Positions 23,601 to 37,053 of a stretch of DNA of 64,000 bases are shown here, one piece after another. The translations under genes and the position numbers were made by a program. The notes under the pieces are model-generated. The model did no database searches. It had not been told where the DNA came from and was given only the letters and a program-made list of their open reading frames with translations. Position 1 is the stretch's first letter. Each line of letters starts with the position of its first letter. Source of the DNA: Paraspadella gotoi (lineage: Eukaryota; Animalia; Chaetognatha); contig CM119265.1 in the NCBI GenBank assembly GCA_051294375.1, positions 6,081,309-6,145,308 of the forward strand, read 5' to 3'.

Positions 23601-26600
23601 ATTAAATATGTTTTGTTTACGTTTTATTCTTTCTTTCTTTCCTTTCTATTCTTTCTTTCCTTTCTATTCTTTCTTTCCTTTCTATTCTTTCTTTCCTTTC
23701 TATTCTTTTTTTCCTTTTTATTCTTTCTTTCTTTTCCATTCTTTCTTTCCTTTTTATTCTTTCTTTCTTTTCCATTCTTTCTTTCCTTTCTATTCTTTCT
23801 TTCCTTTTTATTCTTTCTTTCCTTTTTATTCTTTCTTTCCTTTTTATTCTTTCTTTCCTTTCTATTCTTTCTTTCTTTTCTACTCTTTCTTTCCTTTCTA
23901 TTCTTTTTTTCCTTTCTATTCTTTTTTTCCTTTCTATTTTTTTTATATTTATTCTTTTCTTCTTTTTCTTTGTTTCTAAATTAATTTTCTTTTCTCAAAT
24001 TTGATTTTTTTTAGTATCAAAATTTGTCGTCAATCCAGATTTTTCTTATGCGATTGCGACGATCCTTATGCTTTTAAAATTTTTTTTCAAAACGTTCAGC
24101 CGCTAATTTTCGAGGTTCTTTTTTTTTTTCAGGAAGCAAAGTCGGTCAGTTTGCTGAGGCGAATGACTTTACCCTAGCACACGTTTCCCTTCGTGAAAGC
24201 GCGGAAAAATGGAATAGATCGGAAAATAAAAAAATAGAAGAAAAGTTACTCAAATTTAACCAAAAGCAAGACCTTTTCGCCCGAAAAAGACAAAGTATAT
24301 TAGAAACTCTTATAGTTGTTATTCATTCGCAACTTTATATTAAATACTCTTTTTGATCTCTTTAAGCCATGCTGAAAAGACCATCCTGGAAAGACCTGAG
24401 TCAGTTACAAGGAACCGAAAAAGACCATGGGGTCGATAAGACGCAAAGTAAAACCGATGTTTACGCGACTGGACACGGGTTTGCACCTATTTAGTTTTAT
24501 GACCTGACCTGACCTGATGTGATATGATCGTTCGAACGCCTCAATAACTCAGGGATTTGCTTTTTGGGTCATCAATGATGATGTCGACCAAGACTTTTTA
24601 TACTGGCCTCTCCTCCTATAACAACTTCATAAGATCAGTGGCTGAAGAAACAGAAGAACAACAACAATCAGATGGTTGGTTATGTACAATTGTACATATA
24701 TAAATATTTGATGTATTATAATATTAAATTATTTTCACACTCATATGTAATGAATCTCTCTCAGTATAACTATATAGTATATAGTATATAGACACATTTA
24801 AATCCGATTCTTTTTAAGATAGAAACTTCAGGAAAACGGCATTCTTTCCTTTTTTTCCTTCTATCTGAATATATGACTTTTGTTAGACTTTTTAAAATTC
24901 TTGGCCCTTCCCAGGAGCGCCAAAGTGCCACGAGCATCAAAATTCACATATATTCGTAGATTTCTTGAACAAGTTTTATTTAAATTTAATTTTCTAATAT
25001 AATTAGTTCATTCCTGACTAGAATATTGCATTGCAAGTTAGTTAATATATTAAAAAATAGTTTTAGGTGCTTATTATGTTGAAAAACTATTTTTACAAAC
25101 CGGAAGTTATCAAAAACAGCAAAAATTAGTTCTAAAGCTACGAACTACTTTTATAAATTCGTTAGATATGTTACATGTTCTTTTTTATCATTTTATTCAA
25201 AAGTTTAATTTAAATATTTTATTTAGTTATTAGATATTGTTTAATTATGCAGACGCGCAAGCTTTTTTACTTTAACTTTGATGTTTAAAATGGCTGATAA
25301 ACTTTCATTGTATTTTATGTCAGATACCTAAATCAATAATACCAATATATATTGTTATAATAGAGAAATATGGTGTAAAGACATTATTAAAAAAACATTA
25401 AATGTAATCGTTGTTCATCTTCATCTTTATTTCAAACTCAATTTAAAAACAAAAAGAAATAAAAAAGTGAATAAAAAAAAAGTCAATCTCTTGAACCTTT
25501 GAACCTTCCCTAAATCATGGTGGTGGATGATCCCAACCACCACGGCCGCATAATGACTCCCCGTCTCCGCTCGCTGAGACAGAGGGAGACCTCTGGAAAG
25601 GCAATAAGCAACCAATGCCCTCTAATCACCTGTCGCAACTATGATTCTCCTCAGAGAAGTTGTCAACCCAAATGACAGCTTCAGATGAATAAAGGGGAAA
25701 GCTCAAGTCCTCATTTAAAATCAGCACGGACAATAAACACATTTTTCTTAACTAGCTTTAAAGCTACAAATCATAGGTGACCACCATTCGATTCATTTTT
25801 TTATTGCTCTATCTATATATGTCACTTTTGATATACTGGATTCCTGATTTCTGGAACAGGCAGCTTTTTATCTCAAGATGTATATTACTATCAGGAATAC
25901 TGAGATTGAGAGAGAGTGAATAGGAAATGAAGGAAAAAGAATGTTTAGGTTCAGTTAATTGTTTAAAATAGAACTATTATTTAAATATAAATGTAGAAAA
26001 TATTAACTTGAAAAAATTATAAAAAACTGTAATAGTAACTAACATTAACTAAATAAATTTCATTTAATACAAAAAAATTTTTGAATTAAAAAATAAAAGG
26101 ATAGATAAGAATAGATAAGAGATAGAAGGGAAATAATAAGACATAAATTAATAAGAGAGCTCAACATAAAGATAGCCACCCCTACATGGACAAATAAAAG
26201 GTAGTACCGATAAGATTGGGTCATGAGAGGGTCAAGTCAACCTCAGTTTCTTTACCGACTAAACTGTTATGAAATTGGTAAACCAATATAAAAATTATCC
26301 ATTCATTCAATAAATAAGCTATCTTGCCCCTGACTTTGGACAGGCTTTGGTGGTTTAAGGCCTCCATCATTCTTACAAGATAATGACATACAGGTCCCTG
26401 CAAGCTTTCAATCAAGACTCTCTCACAGTCTTGTTTATTCACTCCCTGATATATGTGGGTAACTGGGTCAGGTAATGTTTCCGTGAGGAACAGATCTAGT
26501 GCGACTCAATTTGACTTTAAATACCTGCCAGTTGCCCTCTTTTCAGGTAAGGTAGGCCAGGGCCTGTCCGTGCTGATTTTAAAATTTGGTTGCTACAGGT

Positions 26601-27947
26601 GATTAGAGGGCATTGGTTGCTTATTGCTTTTCCAGAGGTCTCCCTCTGCCTCAGCGAGTAGAGACGGAGTCATTGTGCGACCGTGGTGGTCGGGATCATC
26701 CACCACCACAATTTAGAGAAGGTTCAAGGGTTCAAGAGATTGACTTTTTGTTTATTCACTCTTTTTTTTTTCGTTGTTTGTCTTTGCATATTTTTTTGTT
26801 TTCGTGGTTTTTAAATTGAGTTTGAAATAAAGATGAAGTCTTTTACAACAACGATTACATTTAATTTTTTTTTGTAATGTCTTTACACCATATTTCTCTA
26901 TTATAACAATATATATTGGTATTATTGATTTGGGTATCTGACATAAAATACAATGAAAGTTCATCAGCCATTTTAAACGTCAAAGTTAAGGTAAAAAGGC
27001 TTGTGCGTCTGCATAATTAAACAATATCTAATAATTAAATAAAATATTTAAATTATACTTTTGAAATAAATAATAAAAAAGAACATATAACATATCTAGC
27101 AAATTTATAAAATTAGTTTGTATCTTTAGAACTAATTTTTTGCTGTTTTTGGTAACTTCCGGTTTGTAAAAATAGTTTTCAAACATAATAAGCACCTAAA
27201 ACTATTTTTTTAATATATTAACTAACTTGCAATGCAATATTCTAGTCAGGAATGAACTAATTATATTAGAAAATTAATTTAAATAAAACTTGTTCAAGAA
27301 ATCTACGAATATTTGTGAATTTTGACGCTTGTGGCACTTTGTCGCTCCTGGGAAGGGCCAAGAATTTTAAAAAGTCTAACAAAAGTCATATATTCAGATA
27401 GAACGGAAAAAAAGAAAAAGAATGCCGTTCTCCTGAGATTTCTATCTTAAAAAGAATCGGATTTAAATGTGTATATACGTAATATATAGGCATAATATCG
27501 AGAGCAACCAGCAGGGCTTCCACCAAAGGAATGGCGGAGGAAACCAAGGAGAATCTCATTAAACAAAAAGAGCAGGTGATGGATTCAAAAATTAATTTAA
27601 CGTTTAATGACATTCACTGTAATAATTAAAACATCATTTTGGAATATATTGTAATCTTTTTCAAATTCTTTTATTTCAAGTTGGATGCTTTACTGAAAGA
27701 TCCTTCGGCTCTCGACGCATCGGTGTATGGAGCAGATGGAAGCTTGAGAACCCTGTACACTCTTCCCCCACTCGAGGCTACCTGCAGAGAGGTTTATATA
27801 TGCTGTGAAATTGTGAATGAACTGAAATTCTTAGCTATTAACCCTTTTCTAATTCCAATTTAGGCAAGAAAAGCAAGATATTTGCGTGACCAGAAGTTTG
27901 AAGTTTCCGAGTTGAATGTTGACGAAATATTTCCGACGGGAAAATAA
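20661..27947 (+). CDS. Multi-exon gene with a CCDC190-like C-terminal motif
   Basis: Phase-consistent exon chain from MDEAEQLTG, including a 23-nt micro-exon at 23070-23092, to ..VYGADGSLRTLYTLPPLEATCREARKARYLRDQKFEVSELNVDEIFPTGK*. The DGxLRTxxxxP..EARKARYLR..EL..EIF pattern resembles the CCDC190 C-terminus as recalled. Confidence 0.6.
21368..22223. mobile_element. MITE family M1, second copy (inverted), intronic
   Basis: CAGGGGTGGGA...CCCACCCCTG|TA ends; the interior is the reverse complement of about 9080-9510. Confidence 0.8.
23625..23935. repeat. 18-bp pyrimidine-rich minisatellite (TTCTTTCTTTCCTTTCTA)n
   Basis: About 17 tandem units are directly visible. Confidence 0.95.
24788..27476. 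mobile_element. Foldback element, about 2.7 kb, with about 850-bp inverted arms
   Basis: 24792-25640 is the reverse complement of about 26589-27472 (ACACATTTAAATCCGATTC.. / ..GAATCGGATTTAAATGTGT). The spacer contains an R1 copy. Confidence 0.9.
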
Positions 27948-28219
27948 TCATTTCCATTTTTATATTTAATTTTTTTCGTAATATCACTACCAGTGTTCTT
28001 TTTAGAATATTTCTCGTTTTAATTCTGCTATCGTATTATTAAAAACAACTTTTACTTTTTTTAGAAAAATGTAATTTACTCGGAATTTTATTAAAATTTG
28101 TACCGATGTTTTTTTGTTTTTTTTTTCCTTCATCTATTCTGTTGACACAGATTGAAACGTTGATGGAAAAGTAAAGTGTCATTTCTAGGGAATGCCTACT
28201 AGTCTTTTGCATAAAAATA

Positions 28220-28335
28220 TGTCAGAAGTGGGATTCGAACCCACGCCCGCATTCGCGGACCAGAAATCTCGGTCTGCTTTTGCAGATAAGCTTAGAGCTT
28301 GAGTCTGGCGCCTTAGACCACTCGGCCATCCTGAC
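28220..28335 (-). tRNA. tRNA-Leu(CAA) with a 32-nt intron (28266-28297)
   Basis: GTCAGGATGGCCGAGTGGTCTAAGGCGCCAGACTCAAG[intron]TTCTGGTC..GTGGGTTCGAATCCCACTTCTGACA, followed by a T-run terminator. Confidence 0.96.
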
Positions 28336-29527
28336 AGTTAGTGGTAATGTTGTTTTAGCAGATTATATACTTTGTATTCATTCAATTTTTGTCAATTGTT
28401 CTCTCTTTTTTTTCTTTTTTTTTTGAACCTTTTGAACCATTCCAACCATTCAATTTCTTTAAAAAAGCTAAAACGAGAAGTCTTCAATCCGATTCTTCGA
28501 ATCCGTCATTCGTGGCTTCACCATCCTTTCGGCCAATCCCGACATCTCGGTTTGCCCTGTTGTCGTCCTAGGTTGAATTCTCTCGAGACTCGACTCGCAG
28601 AAAGAGAAGCGAGAAGCTGCAACCACCAACATAAGAGCAATGCTGGATTTCGACTCTCGCGCCTAGCTTCGCTCTGCCTGACGCATTTCCTGTTCCGCGG
28701 CCGCCGCCGCGCCAGTTACTAACACGACGCATCCGCGTGGAACACGACGACCCGCCACGTGAGCCTGAGCCATAGCGTCGTTTTTTTATCGAAACATTAT
28801 TTACTTAAATTATATGAAAAATGCTTGCTATTTTCAATTGTATCTTTCCCGCGTTAAATTTTGTGGAAGAAAAAGAACGCGGGGAAAATGACGGTGTATT
28901 TTTTTTCCTCTTTCTCCCGTTCGAGTTATTTTAAATAGAGAATTTACTGTTTATTTGCTGGCTGAGGATTTCATCACATCCTCTTTTCGTTCTCGACCCC
29001 AAAAACGCCTACACTTTTTGGTCTTAAATGCGTGATTTCTCACGAATTTTATTACGATTTTATGTTTTCTGGGGTTAATTGTATGTTTTTCAAATTGGCT
29101 TACCGGCAAACGGGGGGGGGGGGCTTGAGAAATAAAGGGAGTTCGCCTCTCGGATCTCACGATCGATCGCGAATGAAAAATTGTTACGAGGTTTTTTCGC
29201 CCTGGAGAAGTCAAGGCACTCATTCGCAACGATTCGTTCTGCCAGTAAAATAACTCCTTCAATTCGATCTTAACTAATCCCCTCCTCCTCCTCCTTTCTC
29301 GAGTCCAATGCAAACCGCCTCCGAAGGCCCCCTTCCGCGCTCGAGTCTGCCTTCAATCGAGGAGCGAGCCATCCTTGGTTCACGTGGGTTATTTCTTGTC
29401 GCTTCGGCGCCCGTATTGTCGACTCTGGCCAAAACACTCGTGGCATTCGCGTGCTTAGTGTCGTCCCAAACTCGATTTATTTTTTAAAGCCGGATTTTCC
29501 GCTCCCCTTTTTGGTTCTTTTACATTC

Positions 29528-29905
<378 letters not shown>

Positions 29906-31656
29906 TACTCCATCCAATCGGCTCAGGTCGTTGATTCGTCACGCGAATCGTCTTCAAGCTCATCTACTCGACGACTTCTTTGTCCGGTTTAATTTTTCGT
30001 ATATACACTCGTGCGTTTAATTTATATTTCAGTTTTTAATATTATTAATATTGATACGCAAATAATTAATTTAATAATTTAGTATTTATATTATATTTAG
30101 ATTATTTTATTGGCTTACATCCCTCTACGGTCTGCCTTATTTTAATTTTATGTTGAACTTTGAACAATTTTTTAAAATTTTTGTTACGATTTGAATGATT
30201 GTTATAAATATGTGCTTAAATTCAATAACCAGAAGAGCAATGTGGGAGATCACTTTAATGTATCCCTGGGTACTTACTATTCTTCTCTTCAGAATTAACC
30301 GGTTTAAATTCTTTCTTTTTAAGTACAATACAATTGACTTTTGTTTAAAATCGTGGAATGTTTAAGTTACTAAATTCTTTCGTTTAATTTTTAAGTGACG
30401 AACGCACCTTGGAGGATGCGCAAAAATTAACGAGAGAACGAAAGAAAATCGTAAAAAAAAATGTAAATCGTTTTGTAATTGATGATCTCCTTGCTTCAGT
30501 TCGACGTCGAAAAAAATTTTTGACGAATTTTTTTGGTTTCGATTAATTGAGGGGAAAAATCCGTTAATTCGCTCATAATTCAGTTTAACGGTTTAACCCC
30601 TCGTTATTTTCCCATAAATCCTAAAAAATTCGGGCAGAGAGCTATTTTTTGTTAATGTTTGGGGTATCTTTACTATTCAACGACCGCAACCAACCTCTAG
30701 CATCGAATCTCAGTAATATATAATATATATATTGGTTGTACCAATTTCATATATTTTTTGCGCAATAATTTAAATTTATTAATTTTATAATTAATAATAA
30801 TTGTTTTAAATTGTTTTAAATTTATTTTAATTGTTATTTATATGTTTGATGTAGAAAATGAATTGTTTGTTTACGTACAACGAGTTTTACAATAAAGTCG
30901 AAACGTGTCCGAAATTTGTATCTTAATAAAACTCGTTGTCCGTAAACAAATTCATTTTCCGCCTCAAACAAATGACGCAACAAAGTAAAAAGAAAAACAA
31001 TATTTTTATTTTTAATGTAAAAATAAGTCCATGTTTTTTTATTATTTTGTTTCCTTTTTGTGCAGATTTTTTACAATTTACCGCAATCAATTGAGCATTT
31101 TCTTCGTTCGAAACTGACCGACCGACTAGAATATAAAGAATTCAAAACGATATCAGATCGAGCTCGCTGAAATTAAAATATTGAAATATTTCTACAGCAA
31201 AAAGTTATTAAGCCTCCTTCCATTGGAGACTGGCGCGACCGGACCACGGACGACCAGAACTACGCGGACCGGCGTTAAAAGATTCAAAACTTTCTCTTTT
31301 CACTCTCGTCCGATACCCCCTGAAAAAAGCGAAGTAAGAATCTCGCACATTCCGTCACCATGGAAACTCTCACCGTCTCCAGTTTCACTGCTCTCCGAAT
31401 CGAACTCGTTTCTAACGCTTTTGTTCCGACCGCCCTTTTGCTGCGGTTCCGCCTCCTGCCGCTCTCCAAGGCCGGCTCGTGACGGGACACGCCCACCCAG
31501 TCGGTGACGCCTCCGACGCGACCTACTCTCTCACGCATGCTTACCTCACTCGTTAAAATCTTTAGGCGATAGTTTTCTTTGTTGAACCTTACTACGTAGT
31601 TTTTTTTCGTTGCCACCTTTCACCTTTTGTCTCGCGCCTTTTTTTTTTGTTTGGCC

Positions 31657-34600
31657 ATGGATTCGTCCACATTCTCCGCTCCGTCTTTTCTACCCGAGTT
31701 TACGGGTACGACCCCGTCCGTTATGACAGGTAAAACGATGGCAAAGATGGATTGAACAATGAACATTCCTCTGATAGTAAGGCAATGCCCTACTTTTCCA
31801 TACAGCTTATTACCACGACGTTGTTTGGGTCGTTATCGTCGCATTCATCATATCTTTTTTTTTGGCCATGGCCATGGGCGCCAACGATGTGGCCAACTCT
31901 TTTGGAACTTCCGTTGGATCAGGGGTACGGGAACTGTTTTTCATTGACTTAAACTAAACTTGTAACTTGCGTGTTGTACTAAATAATTTTTTTGCTCATT
32001 TTATATAGGTGATCAGTCTGCGGCAGTGTTGGCTTTTAGCAACCGTTTTTGAGATATTGGGCGCGACTCTGTTGGGCTCGAGAGTTTCGGAGACGATGCG
32101 CAAGGGTATTCTCGACGTGAGGAAATACAACGGGTCAGAAGACGTACTGATGGTCGGCAATATCGCCGGCTTGGCAGGTTGGGTTTCTTCTACGATGTTA
32201 TTTGCAATTCATGATATTTTGTACGGTTTTTGGTCTTCGATAAATCAGGTTCCGCCATCTGGCAATTCATCGCTACCTATGCTCGACTTCCCGTCTCCGG
32301 GACTCACTCCATCGTCGGTGGAATCTTGGGTTTTACCCTTGTCCAGCATCAAATGGAAGGGGTCAACTGGAAAAAGGTCGGCATGATCATTGGTTCCTGG
32401 TTCATCAGCCCCGTCATCGCGGGGATTGTCGGTGAGGATGGCTTCCTTCCAGTTTGAGTATTGCCGTTTTTTCCCTCCATTTTGTCTTTTTCTAATTTGA
32501 GGATTTCCCCCTTTAGGGACGGCGTGCTTCATGTTCGTCAAACGTTTCATTCTTGTTAAGGCGAATCCCTTAGAACAGGGTTTGTTTTATCTTCCCTTAT
32601 TTTACGGGTAAGATGACTTAAAGCCTTTTTTACAAATGTCGTGTCCACTCTATATCGTCCGTGAATTTCTCTCTATTAATTTCATTCGGCAGGCTGACTT
32701 GCTTTTGCAACGTAATTTCTATCGCCCTTTCGGGTCCGCCTCTTCTGGGCTTCGACAAGGTACCGATATGGGGCAAGTTTGTCCTGGCATTCGGCCTCTC
32801 GGCCGTTTTGGCTTTGCTCGTGCGCTTCGTTCTCGTTCCCTACCAGAGGAATGAGATCGTACGAAACCTTGAGAAGAAGAAGAAAACTAAAACTTCCCCG
32901 GAAGAACAGGTTAGCGCTACTGGTTCGCTTTTTACTGATTAAATTTTTCGTAATAACTATTTGTAACAATTAATACAGCTAAACACCAACCAGAACTCTT
33001 CCAACGAAGCCAGCTCGCAAGTTCCTACGGTGACCATCACTCCGACGGAAAAGCTAAATATCAAGTTGATTCCCAGCGGCGTTCCAGGAATCTCGGATGA
33101 GGTGCGTCGCGATTTAATTATTATCTTTCAGAAAATTTACACCCTCCTTTCCGCCTTTAACAGAAGAGCGGCTTTCCACGAATCGACACGTCCGACTCGA
33201 ATCGACCGCTTCTCAGCGGCTCTGCGGGCGGGTCAGAGGTGTCGACGAGGAACCCGACCCCGGCCGGGTCGGGGGCCGTCACGCCCCAGGGGGTTCCCAT
33301 CGGAACTGAGCTGCCGTCGGGGATAGATCCCAGACTCATCAGAACCAAACTTTTCAACAAGGTGAAGGGGGGAAAAGTAGTTGAAAGGAATTCCGAGTGC
33401 GCAGAACGATGCCTTTTTGTTCTGGACGAAATGTCACATTTTATATGCGATTTTATTCGAATACAACGAGGTTGATTCAGTACAATGGCAACAGCCGGGT
33501 TGCCTGTGATGCCAATTAGATAGGGTTGGCTTTGGGGGCTTCCGACCCTCAGTGACGCCTCCTGTAACTGACGCGGTTACCCTAGGACGATCTCGCATTG
33601 CCAACGCAGAGGGAAGTCGTTGGGGTGGTGCGTTCCCCCTCTGAGCCAATGGGATTGACTGAACGATGGTGGATTTTTTATTTCAAAAAATTTCGGGCGT
33701 TCGCTCCAACAGAAGGCTTCATTTTTGTGACTAGAATCTGTTCCCACCAAACTACCCAGTCTTAATGACGATATACATGGAACTGTCATAGCATGTTTCA
33801 ATGAATTTGGTCCAGTATTTTTCTTGGAACGGGTTCTGGTCACATAAAGCGGATACCTTATTTTATGAAGCCTTCTATATTTCGTTATAAAATATATTGA
33901 TTTGAAAGCGAAGATTTAAAATTTTTTTTCTGTCCGACCCGCTCGTAAAGAAGGAATGGCAGCGTTTTCCGTGTTCCTTTCCTAAAAGTTCCACCAGTGA
34001 TGTGGTAAGGTTTTGTTCTTTAGATAATAGTCGTTTTGAATTTTTTTTTACCCCTATTGTTGACCGTTTTGTCCGTTTTGCCTATTTCTTTTAATTTGTG
34101 ATCTTTGAAACTAACCTGGGAAGATGAGTATCAAGCTAAAGGTAGGTTCCGACTAGTCTCTCATCAGGGAAAAGAGGTAAGTAGGGTAAGGAATATATTG
34201 GTAATAGGTAAGTACTAAGTAGCTATAACAAAGGGAACAAGGGTACATAAAATGGAGAGAAGGGAGAGGGAAGGGTTGCAGACCCCGAGAGCGAGAGAAG
34301 TTGAACTGCCGATCTCCAAGACTCTGATCCGTGACTCGGGGATGAGGAGGGGACGGCGAAGGGAGGAGGAGGAGGAGACGTTGAGAGAAGACCTGGGGGG
34401 GAGAAAGGCCCTGGCGATAGGGTGTGCCTCTATCTTGCTAACGATACAAGGAAACGATTTGATGGCATGATATTTTTTTTTTATTGCCTTTTTGTTTTTT
34501 CCTCTTTCTTGTAAAATCCTCAAGTTTGCCTTAAATTCACCCTTCCCTGTTGGTTTTAGTTTTGCCTTGTTTTGAATCTTCTCACCTCCTTTAAAAAAGG

Positions 34601-34878
34601 TTTTGACGTCCGCTCGTGACTCCAAGCGGATCGTAGATACGAAGAATACCGTCTACCAGCATTCGTCATTGTCTACGCCAGTCGACGATCCCGTCCATTC
34701 AATCCCAGGTGAAGTGTCTTCTAATTTTTTTTAGTCGCATCTGCTCATCGCAGATTCCGACTCTATAATCCACTTTGTCGGTCCGTCGGTCCACCCCACC
34801 AATCTTATCGGGCATTCACTTAGATCATGTCAGAACATCAAATTATGTCCGTCTGTCCTCCCTTAGCAAAAAAAAAAG

Positions 34879-34912
<34 letters not shown>

Positions 34913-37053
34913 GTGTTGTCTTCTGGAAATAGAGGGGCATCTATACAATACAAGGTTATATTACTTCCTGCCCTAGTTTTCTAAATAGATATTACACATC
35001 ATTTATGTAAGAAAATCATTAATGAGAACCTCATAATATCTAAAAGGCTGAACAGAAAGGGATGGAATGGGTAATTTTTTGAGGGGGGACTTAAGGTTAG
35101 GTCTAATTTTTTTAAAAAATATATATTATATTTTGGGCCGCTACTTTCGCGACTCTTGTCTCGTAATTGTCATCACATGGCAATAAAAAAAAATATCCCC
35201 GTAACCAGTCGACGACTCGAAGGTGGCGCGGACGTCACCAACGTCACCCACGATAACTGAGGTGTCCCCCGCTGTCGTCCTCGACATTAACGAGAAAAAG
35301 ACCGATGACACCGACAAGGAGAAATGCAGCAACGCCGCCGGGCCGACAGTTAGAGACGACGGACCTGTCGCCGATAAGGACGTGTACTTCGACGATAGCC
35401 TCGCCGGTCAGACCTTCATCCCTTTTGTCAAAACTTACAAATATTCTGACTTATTATTTCATATACTTCTTTTAGACTTGCGGAAGGATAGTCCTGCGAT
35501 AGCCGAGTTGTTCAAGTATTTGCAGATCTTGACGGCCTGCTTCGGCGGGTTTACCCATGGGGGCAACGACGTCTCCAACGCCGTCGGTCCTCTTATCGCA
35601 ATTTGGATGATTTACCAGGTGAGAAAACCGTGATGTCAAGTAATGTAAAACAAAGCTGAAACCATCTGTTTAGAACGAAAAAATAATACAGTATGGCAAC
35701 AACCGGTCTGCCTGTGATGCCTATTGGAATGATGACTGTTTGCTTTGGGGGCTTCCGACCCTCAGTGACACCTGTCTCTGGCGCGGTTACCCTAGGATGG
35801 TCTTTGCCAACGCAGAGGGAAGTTGTTAGGACTGAATGGAACGCAACGCTTGGGATGGTGCATTCCATCTGAGCCAATGGGATTGGCTGAACAATGGTGG
35901 ATGTGAGGCAGTGTGAATATACTGCCACAGGATCCCCGGGCCAAGACATCACTCTGGTTTTACAGGCCTGAGAGGTGACTGACAAAACTGCTACCATAGT
36001 GGAAGAGAGAGCGAGAGTAGTGAGGGCAGAGGGGTTTGACGTAGCGTACCCGAAGTCGGCAGGGCATAGGCATTTGTCGTAGCGTACTCTGAGAAAGTTA
36101 TGTGTTCGATAATAGGGTTCATCACTTATGGCAACAGCTGGGATTGGGATGTGGCATTTCACTGTTGGCTTTGGGGGCTTCCGACCCTTAGTGACGCCTC
36201 CTGTCACTGGCGCGGTTACCCTAGGACGGTCTCGCTTTGCCAACACAGGAAATGAAAATGGATGGAATGCAACGCTTGGGATGGTGTATTCCTCCTGAGC
36301 CAATCGGATTGACTGAACAAATTGATTTAAAAAAAAATGTAAAATTGATTATAACCATATGGGAAAGAGTTTTTGGAGGATTTTTAACTTTTTATGTTCA
36401 CAGGAACGCGTATTAATATTACTACTAATTAAAATAAATTAATCATTAGTTACTATAATTTCTTCCGTATATTTTCTATCGTAGGAGGGATCCGTAGCGA
36501 CGAAATCGGATCCTCCAACGTGGCTTTTGCTCTACGGAGGGTTGGGAATCTCCTTTGGCTTAATTGCATTCGGTACTTGATTTTATCTCTAAATTTTTTC
36601 CTTCCTTCAAATTTTTACTTTTAATCACCAACCACGTTGGGTTTAGGCAAGCGCGTGATCAATACGATGGGGCACGACTTGACTCCAATCACACCGTCCT
36701 CGGGGTTCACCATCGAAGTGTCCTCGGCGCTCACCGTCCTTCTCGCTTCCAACATCGGAATCCCAATCTCCACGACTCATTGTAAGGTGAGAAAATGTTC
36801 TAGTGAAGCGCTGTATTTTTAAATGCTCTATTGCCAGAACAATTTTCTGGATATCCAATTTAACCGTTTTGACATTAATTCTATCTCCGCCCTCATATAG
36901 GTGGGCGCGATCGTAATGGTGGGACGATATCGCGCCAAGGAATCTGTGTCTTGGTCATTGGTCAAGAAAATCCTCCTCGCCTGGTTTGTCACAGTCCCCG
37001 TTTCAGGCTTCATCTCCGCCGCCATTTTCGCCGGTTTGCGCGAGGCGTTGTGA
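31657..37053 (+). CDS. SLC20A: Sodium-dependent phosphate transporter, SLC20/PiT family (multi-exon)
   Basis: [72 protein letters not shown] and AWFVTVP. Confidence 0.95.
33484..33672. mobile_element. Interspersed retroposon-like repeat, family A
   Basis: ATGGCAACAGCCGGG..GGGGGCTTCCGACCCTCAGTGACGCC..CTGAGCCAATGG; further copies at 35693-35940, 36128-36320 and 46025-46265, all in the same orientation. Confidence 0.85.
34727..34870 (+). mobile_element. DINE-1/HINE-like element fragment
   Basis: TTTTTAGTCG..CTGCT..GCAG..CGACTCTATAA head plus GTCC repeats; related to about 41390-41490 (-) and 62270-63428 (+). Confidence 0.7.
35693..36320. mobile_element. Two tandem family-A copies in an SLC20 intron
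   Basis: The same core motif starts at 35693 and at 36128. Confidence 0.8.

Noticed and set aside
23589-23984. Phe/Leu/Ser-rich ORFs
   Set aside because: They are translations of an 18-bp minisatellite inside an intron.
33535-33590. HDV-like ribozyme in family A (GCC-TCCTGTCACT-GGC in the 36128 copy resembles P3/L3)
   Set aside because: There is no GG for P1.1 after the putative P1 3' strand and no matching P1/P2 partners; the segment pairs better as a simple hairpin.
34140-34172. Minus-strand CTGATGA..GTCGGAAC hammerhead-like motif
   Set aside because: It has GGAAC instead of GAAAC and no convincing stems II or III.
35593-36303. 236-aa minus-strand ORF in an SLC20 intron
   Set aside because: It spans two tandem family-A repeats and has no recognisable RT, endonuclease or other domain.
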